A DNA stretch of 30,052 nt from assembly GCF_018420025.1 (NCBI RefSeq), contig NZ_JAEDAM010000100.1:1-30052 (forward strand). Reading direction: 5' to 3'. Below the pieces are notes generated by a model. That model was not told where the DNA came from. It saw only the letters and a list, made by a program, of their open reading frames with translations, and made no database searches. Source of the DNA: Candidatus Vampirococcus lugosii. Its GTDB lineage: Bacteria > Patescibacteriota > Gracilibacteria > Absconditabacterales > Absconditicoccaceae. Made by a program: the position numbers and the translations under genes. This document shows, piece by piece, positions 21,592-30,052 of the stretch. Each line of letters begins with the position of its first letter. The stretch's first letter is position 1.

Positions 21592-23376
21592 ATGAAAAAA
21601 AGTAAAATTATTTTATTAATTGTATTAACATTAATATCAAGTTTATTCTTGAATAATTTTGCTTTTGCTTCAGAAACTATTAATTATCAAACTGCATTAT
21701 CAGATAGAGTGGAGTCATGATTTTGAATGTTTGAAACAATATTAAATGGAGCTTATATAATTGTTTGGCCATTACTTTTGGTTGCTTGACAAGCTATGGA
21801 TAATCAATTGATTTATGGATCTATAATTCATATAGATGTTCATTTGTGGAATATATGGAATATGTCCAAAAATTTTGCAAATTTTGCTTTATGATTTGTA
21901 TTTTTAATATCAATATTTTTGTATATTTTAAATATTAAACAAGATAAATTTAATCCAAAAAAAATATTTCCCAAAATGCTAGTTTGAGTAGTATCTATAC
22001 AAGCAAGTTGGTTTATAGTTTCTATTTTATTGGATATTTCTACTATAATTACTTATAGTGTATGAGCTATGCCTTTGAATATTATATCGGCAGATGCAAC
22101 ACTTGATAAAAAAATTCTTTTACAAAATAGTAATTTGGATTTGGAAAGTTTATGAAATTCTTTTGGTACTGGTGCTGAAAATCAAACTTGGTTTTCGGAT
22201 TGAAATACTAATTATATAAATTGTACATTGGAAAATAAAGATTGAGATTATTATTTTTCTTGAACATTATTTGAAGATTCTATAAAAGATGCACAAAATA
22301 AATGAATAGATGTAAATGATTGAAAATGTATATTACAAATTATGTGAAATAGATTAGTTCCAGCTGATGATTCAATTCCTATATCTGAAACTATAAAAAA
22401 GATAGAAGAAGATTGAACATATTGACAAGATGATTGAATTAGTATGTCAGAAATAATAAATAGTGCTAATTGACTTACATGAATTTTTTATACTCTTATA
22501 TGAAGTTTTTTGGGGACTTCTACTATTTCTACATCTGGTTCTTGAATTACAGGAGATACATGAACAGCTAGTTTGTGAGCTATTTTTGTTATGAAAATGA
22601 TTATAGCTCTTGCAATGATTGTTCCTATTTTTGCATTGGTTATTGTGTTGATTATGAGAATATTTATTATGCGGGTTTTGATAGCATTTTCTCCAATATT
22701 AGCTTTTGTTTATTCTTTTGATTTGTGATTATCAAAAAAATTATGAAAATATTCACTTTGATGATTTTTATGGTTAATATTTTTACCAGCTTTTGTTGTG
22801 TTTGCATTAAGTATTTGATTTATTTTTATGACAATACTTACTGAAAGTATATGAAATGTTAATAAAGATAATCCATTATCTATTTCTGCATCTGATGTTG
22901 GGAATGATAAAAATAATTGTTGGGAATTGTGAGAATATTTTCCACAAATATGTTTTGGTTCGCCTGACGAAAATACTTCATGATTTTCAACATTTTTGGA
23001 TTATTTTTCTTGGTTGATAGTTAATATTTTTGGTATTATAATACTTTGGAGTATGGTTTTTTCTGCTATTCAATCCTCAAAAATAACTTCTTGAATTGCC
23101 AAAAGTATTCAAAATTTTTCAAAAGATATGTTAAAAACTGCACCGATACTACCTGGTTGAAATAGTTATTGATCCGTTAAACAATGAATGTGAGAATTAT
23201 CTACTATACCAAGATCAATAACATCAAAACAATATAATGAATGAGAAGTTTGATGATTTGCTAAATCTGTTCAAGGTTTAGTAGATAATAATAACAAAAA
23301 AACAAAAGATTGAGATCAAGATGATGATCAAGATGACGATAATCAAGATGAAAATAAAAATAATCCAAATCAATAA
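21592..23376 (+). CDS. Large polytopic membrane protein, paralog 3 of 3
   Basis: 594 aa, frame checked codon by codon. Signal-like N-terminus (...FAFAS). WNMSKNFAN, KQDKFNPK, IQASWF. MKMIIALAMIVPIFALVIVLIMRIFIMRVLIAFSPILAF. ICFGSPDEN. KITSG...KTAP. Acidic tail DGDQDDDQDDDNQDENKNNPNQ. Confidence 0.75.
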
Positions 23377-23640
23377 AAATTAGTTTAAAATAGATATAAT
23401 TGAAATATAAAAGCTTATTTATGATTAAAAATTAAAAACTTAATATTAAAATATATTTTTTTGTAGTATACTTTTTAAAATTTAAACTTATTATTACTTT
23501 TTTTATTATTTTTGTCTTTTATTATTTTAAGTGGTGCTAATAATCATAATATGTTTATTAAAAAAAGTACTTGCAAAACTTATATAGAAATTAAAAAAGA
23601 AACGAAAAACACAGGGAAAATATGAAAATTTTTCTAATAT

Positions 23641-24312
23641 TTACAAAACTAATTCTCATCAATTTCTTTTTAGCCATTCTTTATGATTTTGGTAATCAGG
23701 CATATATTTATAAACTAAATCCCAAAATTTTGGAGAATGATTTTTTTCTTTTGTATGACAAAGTTCATGAATTATAATATATTCAATAACTGAAACAGGA
23801 GCCAACATAATTTTCCAGTGAAAATTTATATTATTATTTGAAGTACAAGATCCCCATCTATTTCATAAATCTTTTATAGATATTTTATTTATTTCAAATC
23901 AGTTTTCTTCTGCCAAAAGTTTAACTCTAGGAAATATTTTTTTATTAAATCTTTTTTTGTACCGTTCTACAAAAATTTTTTTTCAATTAAAAATATATTT
24001 TTTATTTAACTCAAAAGAATTTTTATAAAATCTTAATTGAAAATCAACATTTTCTACTAATTTAAGTTTATACATTCTTCATAAATAATAAAATCATTCT
24101 CAATTTACAAATTCTCTATTTTTGAAAGAATATGATAAACATTTTTTTTCTTCAAGTTTGGTATATATCCATAATTGTTTTTTATCAAAAAAATCTTTAA
24201 TTTGTTCATCACTTGCTTGATTAGGAGCTTTAATAATAATATTATTATTTCTTTCTATTGTGACACAAATTGTTTTTCTTTTTGATTTTATTATTTCATA
24301 ATTTAAATTCAT
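23641..24312 (-). CDS. YgjP-like zinc metallopeptidase (DUF45/M48-related), typical companion of type I hsdR
   Basis: 223 aa, frame checked codon by codon. YEIIKSKRKTICVTIE, NRWGSCTSNNNINFHWKIMLAP, IEYIIIHELCHTKEKNHSPKFWDLV (HExxH). Confidence 0.85.
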
Positions 24313-24393
24313 ATGTCACTAAATTATTTATCTAAATGATAAGCAAGATTTAATAAGTTTTCTATTAAATTATTTTTTAATTCAATATTTTCT

Positions 24394-27300
24394 TTAGATA
24401 TTTTTTATCAATCAAGATTTATTAATTAAATCATTTATTTCAAGTCTTACTTTATCTTGAGATCATTCATCATTCCAAAAATTTACAATTTTTAATTTTT
24501 TACTAAAAATTTCATAAATTTCAATAGTTAATTTCATTAATTTTTGATTTTGTTCTTGATTTATTTCTTTTTTTTCAAAAATATTATTTTTGATAATATC
24601 AAAATATGGTATTTGATTATTGTTTAATCATTCAATATTTTCATTAGGTCTTTTCATAATATCTTGCAAAACTTCTTCCAAATCTTCAATCATTTTTTCC
24701 CAATTATTTTTTTGGTCTTGTATTATTTCTTGCAACTTATCAGATAATGTTTTGAAAAATTCTGGGTCTTTTTCAAAATTTTCAGATATATGATATCTAA
24801 TTGCATGTTCCATCTCGGAAGCTTTTGATTTATTAGATTTTATTCAATTTATAAATTTATCAAAATCATCATCCATAATAGAAATAGGAGGAATATTTGG
24901 ATCTATTCATTGACTTGTAATGTATTTATCTATAAGTTTTTTTACTTTTTTTCAAGTTCATATTATATTCAATTGATTGTCTCTATATCTATTTTTGGCA
25001 GAAAACAAAATAAATCAAAATGCCTTGTAATTATTTATATATTTCAAAATCGCTTTATCTGGACTTACTATATCAATACTTTTTGATAATTTTCTATATG
25101 CAACAGTAAATTTTGCTCTCAAACTTACATCTTCAAGTAAATCAATACATAAATCAATATCTTCATTTGTATCAAAACTTTTAATTCAATTTTCTTCAAA
25201 AATTTGTACTACTTTTCTATATTTTTCATCTAATCTTGGAATTTCTTCATCCAAATTAATCATAGCTCACTTAATATCATTATCTGAAAATATTTCAAGT
25301 GCTTCTTTTAGATTATTTGCAATTCAATAATAATCTACCAAATATCAACAATTTTTTCAACTTGCAGTTCTGTTTACTCTAGCAATAGTTTGCAATAAAT
25401 TATGTTCAATTAATTTTTTATCCAAAAATAAAACTTGTTCAATAGGTGCATCAAATCAAGTCAAAAGCATATCTGTAACTATTATTATTCATAAACTACT
25501 TTTTTTATTTTTGTCTTTATTTTCAAAAGGTTTTTTGAAGTTTTCTATTTGTGTTTTGTGAATTACAGAGTTAGTATATTTTTTATAAAATTCTTCATCA
25601 TTATGATTACTTGATATAATTACAGTAGTTTCAAGTTCTTTCAATATTTCTAAATCAATAAAATCTTTATTTTTCAAATTTGAAATTCAATTTTTTATTT
25701 TTTCAATCTCTTGTTTTATTGCCTTATCAAGATATTTTTTGTATAATATTGCTGATTTTCTACTATTTACAACTACTTGAGCTTTGAATCAGTTGATAAA
25801 TATCTTATCAATATAATATTGTATCATATCATTAGCTTTTTGTTCAATAATTTCTGGAGCATCAAGATAATTTTGTTTATTTCAATATTTTTTTAATATA
25901 GCTTGTCTTTCTTCATCTGTATAATCTTTAAACATATCAATAAATTCTTTATCCATTGCTTGTTTATCTTTTATAATATCTTGAGAAGTTCTTCATTCAT
26001 AAATAATTTGGACTGTAGCTCAATCTTTTACAGCTTGTTCTATAGTATAAGTATCAATATATTCTCAAAATATTTCATGGGATTTTTTTCTTAATTTTCA
26101 AGTAATTATTGGTGTACCAGTAAATCAAATTTTAATAGCATTTGGCAGTGCATTTGATAAATTTGCTCATAAAGTTCAATCTTGACTTCTATGTGCTTCA
26201 TCTATAAGTAATAAAATATTTGGACTATTGTTTAATTCTGTAAGTAATTTAGTTTCTTTTACATATTTATCAGGATTTTCATTATCTTTGGATTGAAATT
26301 TGTGTATCATTGCATTTACTATATTTGAATCATCGCTTGATATTTCTTTTAATATATTTTTAATATTATTATCTTTGTTATTTTTGGGATAAATAGTTTC
26401 TCAAATAGTTTTTGCTGTTTCTCAAATTTGTCTTTGTAAATCTGTTCTATCTGTAAGAAAAATAATTTTAAATTTTTTTCATTCTTTTGTTTTTCTAAAT
26501 TTCCTAATCAAAAAAATCATAGTAAGAGATTTACCACTTCCTTGAGTATGCCAAATAATTCAACCTTTTTGTTCTTGAGATAAAGATTTATTAGTAAGTT
26601 TATTTATTGCTTTATTTACAGCTCTATATTGTTGATATCTACACAATATTTTTATTTTTCTTCATTTATCATCACTTTTAAATACTATAAAATTATTTAT
26701 AATATCAAGAATATTTTCTTTTTTCAAAACTCATTTTATAAGAATATTTTGAGAATTATCATTTTTTTCTAAATCTTTCCATTCAAGATAATGTTCAGCA
26801 TTTGCTTTTATAGTTCATATTCTTGTTTCTTGTCTACTTGTTGCAATCAATAATTGATTAAAATAAAATAATTTTTCATTTCATTCATTATTTTCTGCTC
26901 ATCTATCATTTTGATATCTTTTGAGTTGATAAATAGCTTCTTCTATAGCTTCACTAATTTTTGGTGATTTGCATTCTACTATTCATATAGGAATTCAATT
27001 AATAAAAAGTGTAATATCTGGAATTATATGTTTTTCTGTTCAAGGAATATTTACTTTGTATTGACTAATAGCTGTAAAAATATTATTTTCTAGATTATCA
27101 AAATCTATAATTTTTACACTGGGACTTTTTTCTCAAGTAATTCTATTTTGATCAACATTTAATCAATTAAGTAATATATCAGTTGCTTGTTCATTTGCTT
27201 CAAAAAGATTTGTTTTATTTATTTTTTTTAATTCTCAAAAAATTTCTTCAATTTGATCAGTTTCCAAAAAAGAATTTATTTTTTTTATAGATTTTGTAAA

Positions 27301-27447
27301 TAAATCTTCAATCAATATTTCTTTAAAACTTTGTCTAAAAGTAATATTTGCATCATCTTTATTTCAATATACAATATTCCAACCTAAATTTTGTAATTGT
27401 TCTAAAAAAGGTTTTTCTACATACAAATCCTCATTATAGTGAGCCAT
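24394..27447 (-). CDS. hsdR: Type I restriction enzyme R subunit (HsdR), intact
   Basis: 1017 aa. All ~1018 codons were checked for TAA/TAG and none found. The track shows only fragments because of TGA=Gly. N-terminus EKPFLEQLQNLGWNIV, FINGIPIGIVECKSP, Walker A WHTQGSGKSLTM, LLLIDEAHRSQ, GFTGTP, LLTGFDAP, QTIARVNR, and a long helical C-terminal domain. Confidence 0.92.
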
Positions 27448-27461
27448 AGTTTACTTGTTAT

Positions 27462-27842
27462 TTATTTATTTAAATTATTTCAATAATATTTTTTAATTCT
27501 ATCTATGTTATGATTTTCTTTTATATTTTTATGATAAATTTCTATTAAATCAAGTTCAATTAAATCTATCTCTTTTTTATCTTCTTTGTAAGCATAAACT
27601 AACCTTAATGATTTATTGTCTTTTAAGCTTTTACAAGGAAATTTTCTAACTTTCATAATAGGTATTTTAACTTCTTTTCATAGATCAGAAATTTGAATTA
27701 TATTATCTCAATATCCTTTTGGATATCTTTCAATTGCTAATTTTACAATATCTAAGTCATCTTTTAATGATGGGTATTTCTTTTGAAGTTTTTTAAATTC
27801 CTTTTTAAACTCTTCAAGTTTATTATATAAAAAATTAGTCAT
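27462..27842 (-). CDS. RelE/ParE-superfamily-like toxin (putative)
   Basis: 126 aa, frame checked. EFKKEFKKLQKKYPSLKDDL...MKVRKFPCKSLKDNKSLRLVYAYKEDKKEIDLIELDLIEIYHKN fits the usual RelE/ParE/Gp49-type pattern (K-x-R ... R-h-h-Y ... IY-x-K). The start overlaps the upstream gene by 8 nt. The stop is 14 nt upstream of the hsdR ATG. Confidence 0.55.
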
Positions 27843-28575
27843 TATTCTCAGATTTACTAATATACTCTCAACTTCTCATATGTGCTAATTGGTAAGGTAT
27901 CTTATCTCATATATTTTTTGTTGATATGTATGGCATATCATTGTGAGAATAATCACTTACTTGTTTTGCATTCATATTTGATAATTTTTCTATTACATTA
28001 TCAATAATTTCTATCTCTAATCAATTGAAAACACTTAAATCATATCTTATATTTGGTATAAATCTTATTTGTTTATATCATTTAAATTCTGTTTCTAATT
28101 TTTCTATTTGTTTATCATCTTCCATTTGTGTTAGTACATCATCAATATCTTTTGGAACAGGTCATCTTGGTAGTTTTATATAATCTTGATTAGATATATT
28201 TTCCCACTTATTTTCATAGTAATTAAAATCACTAAAGTATAATAATTTATTTAATACTGTTTTTCATATATTTGGCTTTTGTCAGCACTTTGTTAATATA
28301 TAAAGTATAAGATTTTTAAATTTTTTATGGTCATCATCTTCTTTTATCTTTTTATATTCTTCTTTTTTTGTTCAGTCTAAAAGTTCATCTTCATCAACCT
28401 CAAAAAGATTAGCTATCTGTAATAGTAATTTATCACCTTTTTTTAGTATTCTTTTATCATTTTCAATATTTGCAAGACTAACTCTATTTATTTCAAGATA
28501 ATTAGCTATCTGTTCTTGTGTTAATTTTGAATCTTTTCTAAGTTCAGTTATCTTTTCTCATAGTGTTTTAGTCAT
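27835..28575 (-). CDS. XRE-family HTH fused to a DUF4065/Panacea (SocA-like) antitoxin domain
   Basis: 246 aa, frame checked codon by codon. HTH: LGEKITELRKDSKLTQEQIANYLEINRVSLANIENDKR. Panacea-type core: KTVLNKLLYFSDFNYYENKWENISNQDYIKLPRGPVPKDIDDVL ... VSDYSHNDMPY. Confidence 0.7.
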
Positions 28576-28594
28576 TTTTTAAAATAATATATTA

Positions 28595-28615
28595 AATTAC
28601 TTAGTAATAGTAATT
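28595..28615. promoter_or_regulatory. Inverted repeat (aattact-N7-agtaatt) just upstream of the HTH gene; candidate autoregulatory operator
   Basis: aattacttagtaatagtaatt begins 20 nt upstream of the ATG at 28575 and contains the overlapping palindrome ttact-t-agtaa. No binding data. Confidence 0.3.
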
Positions 28616-28710
28616 ATTTCATTACAAAAATCAAGTATTTTGTAAGCTATTTTTATATTATTATATTACATTATTATATAATTGTGTAATGTTGTATGAT
28701 TATGTATTTT

Positions 28711-28790
28711 TCAAGACTTTTTTATACTTTTCAAGACTTTTTTATACTTTTCAAGACTTTTTTATACTTTTCAAGACTTTTTATATTTTT
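28711..28790. repeat. 20-bp direct repeat x4 (tcaagacttttttatacttt), iteron-like
   Basis: Three perfect head-to-tail copies (28711-28730, 28731-28750, 28751-28770) plus a degenerate fourth. There are no spacers, so this is not CRISPR. The track ORF 28696-28884 is simply its translation. Confidence 0.95.
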
Positions 28791-28894
28791 GTTTTTTGTT
28801 ACAAAAAAGTACATTTATATATTGATTTTGTTAATGAAATCCTTATATAATAATTACATTTATCTATTAAACAAAATTATATGAAAATTTGCAC

Positions 28895-28926
28895 ATAAAA
28901 AAAACTCCCTTTAAGTAAAGGAGTTC
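28895..28926 (-). terminator. Hairpin with T-run on the minus strand
   Basis: aactcc(c)ttt aagt aaaggagtt, a 9-bp stem with one bulge. It is preceded on the plus strand by an A8 run, which is a T8 tail on the minus strand. No obvious minus-strand CDS ends here. Confidence 0.35.
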
Positions 28927-29039
28927 TTTATATACATTTAATTTAAGAAGTTAAAGAAATATAAAGTTTTTGAACTATTTTTCAAGAGATTTTGAGGTTA
29001 TAATAATCTCTTAATTCTTTATATTTTAAATTAAATAAT

Positions 29040-29255
29040 ATGGAAAATATAAACATATATTGATTATTACTTATAATAATAATCATTATAGTATGATTAA
29101 ATTCTATAGATAAAAGAATAATGGCTATTACTTGATTTACATTAATGATAATTTGATTATTATGAACCTTTATTTTTTGAATAAATAATTTATGTTCTAC
29201 TATGATGATATCTTGATGAATAGCAGTGTGAATATCTTGAAAAAAACTTTTATAA
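29040..29255 (+). CDS. Small Gly-rich two-TM membrane protein (hypothetical)
   Basis: 71 aa under table 25: MENINIYGLLLIIIIIIVGLNSIDKRIMAITGFTLMIIGLLGTFIFGINNLCSTMMISGGIAVGISGKKLL. It has 10 in-frame TGA, placed like the small-residue positions of TM helices. Weak call. Confidence 0.35.
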
Positions 29256-29272
29256 TTTAAATTAAAAACAAT

Positions 29273-29446
29273 ATGGCAAAAAATAAACCATACTGAGATA
29301 ATGCTAGAAAAGGTGCAGTAAAAGATAGAACTCAGTTTTTTAATGAACAAACTAATCTTTGGACAAAAAGAGATACAGAAAATTGACAATTCCTTGATAA
29401 TAAAACATCTTGAGGAAAGTTTAAATGAGTTAGAAAAGAGAAATAA
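29273..29446 (+). CDS. Small basic conserved-looking protein (unknown function)
   Basis: 57 aa: MAKNKPYGDNARKGAVKDRTQFFNEQTNLWTKRDTENGQFLDNKTSGGKFKGVRKEK. A strong terminator follows directly. The KGAVK...KRD...FKGVRKE pattern looks familiar from small hypothetical proteins, but I cannot name a family. Confidence 0.5.
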
Positions 29447-29467
29447 AATAACTTGTAATCTATAAAT

Positions 29468-29500
29468 AAAAAAAGAGACTTTAATTTAGTCTCTTTTTTT
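29468..29500. terminator. Bidirectional rho-independent terminator
   Basis: aaaaaagagact ttaattt agtctctttttt. A-run and T-run flank a 9-bp stem. It sits between the convergent stops at 29444-29446 (+) and 29502-29504 (-). Confidence 0.75.
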
Positions 29501-29501
29501 A

Positions 29502-30052
29502 TTATTTAAATCTAATTCTAACACTTTGTTTTATTTTAGGATTTGTATATTCTATGATATACCTACATATAAGTTCTAAAATCTTATTAATTTTAATTAT
29601 TTCAAAATAAGATGTTCAATAGTTATGTAATATAATATCATCTTTATTTCATCAATGTGCTATTCAGCATCTTCAGTATTTATATACTTTTTCTCAAACA
29701 TCTTCTCATTTTTTTTCTAGTTGTTTGATATATTGTTTAACTGTTCTTTTCCAAATTGTTACCTGATTTTCAATTTTGTTTTCATCAAGATGTTTTCTTA
29801 TTGGAATAGGAATATATTTATAGTTTAAAGATTTTCATATCATATAATTTATATATTCTTTATATTGATTAATCTTTTTTCATTTTTTACTGTAAGAATA
29901 GTTATATCAAAAAATCTCTAAATTATGAAATGCATATTCAATTATTCTAAACAAAAAAACACATTTTGATAATGGTTCAGGTTGTTTTATAGAAGTATGA
30001 TATAATGATAATAATATTGGATTATGTATTTTATTAAAATTAACTATATAAT
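29502..30052 (-). CDS. 3' part of a gene encoding a protein with an Rx4H (HEPN-like) motif; 5' end outside window
   Basis: Open under table 25 from the window edge to TAA (rc of 29502-29504). ...EKVYKYGRCGIAHGGNKDD... has R-x4-H at 29655-29672. Family not identified. Confidence 0.45.

Noticed and set aside
25903-26094. 63-aa plus-strand ORF inside the hsdR region, and apparent fragmentation of hsdR into small pieces (possible pseudogene)
   Set aside because: I checked all hsdR codons on the minus strand. The only interruptions are TGA, and helicase motifs I to VI appear in order, so the gene is intact under table 25. The plus-strand ORF is antisense noise.
28696-28884. 62-aa plus-strand ORF; also considered whether the repeats are a CRISPR array
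   Set aside because: The ORF is just the translation of the 20-bp x4 tandem repeat. The repeats are contiguous with no unique spacers, so they are not CRISPR.
28982-29389. 135-aa minus-strand ORF, the longest ORF in this subregion of the track
   Set aside because: It is antisense to two plus-strand ORFs. One of them (29273-29446) has a conserved-looking basic sequence and its own terminator. The minus-strand product is hydrophobic low-complexity with no motif.
1-30052. Search for tRNA, rRNA, transposase/IS ends or integrase that would delimit a mobile element
   Set aside because: I saw no GC-enriched cloverleaf-like segments, no rRNA-like sequence, and no DDE or tyrosine-recombinase motifs in any table-25 frame I read. 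This by-eye scan cannot exclude small RNAs.

Overview
Very AT-rich 30 kb chromosomal window from a bacterium that reads UGA as glycine (translation table 25, the code used by Gracilibacteria/Absconditabacteria-type CPR lineages). The supplied standard-code ORF track is therefore misleading. It cuts every real gene at in-frame TGA codons, and several of its longest ORFs are antisense artefacts. I re-read the window by hand with TAA/TAG as the only stops and found about 28 tightly packed genes. (1) 1-6549 is a housekeeping block: TIM-barrel sugar-phosphate isomerase-like gene, uppS, dnaN, a type IV pilin gene, ftsA, ftsZ. (2) 6822-11148 is a membrane-protein island: two paralogous ~385 aa membrane proteins flanking a DUF697-like gene and lemA. 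(3) 11242-16162 is a pseudopilus/type IV pilus operon: PilN-like, PilO-like, PilC platform, three prepilin-type pseudopilins and a PilX/GspK-like protein. No ATPase or prepilin peptidase is present in the window. (4) 16163-17080 is a free-standing AlaRS editing + C-Ala domain gene on the opposite strand. (5) 17244-23376 holds three tandem paralogous large polytopic membrane proteins (808/616/594 aa) with VirB6/TrbL-like topology. This is my top candidate for an undescribed system. (6) 23641-30052 is a defence-type accessory region. It contains a minus-strand four-gene cassette (XRE-HTH/Panacea(DUF4065) antitoxin, RelE/ParE-like toxin, intact type I HsdR, DUF45 metallopeptidase) with no hsdM/hsdS nearby. 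It also contains 20-bp x4 direct repeats, two small ORFs and a partial gene with an Rx4H (HEPN-like) motif. I saw no rRNA, tRNA, CRISPR array or transposase.
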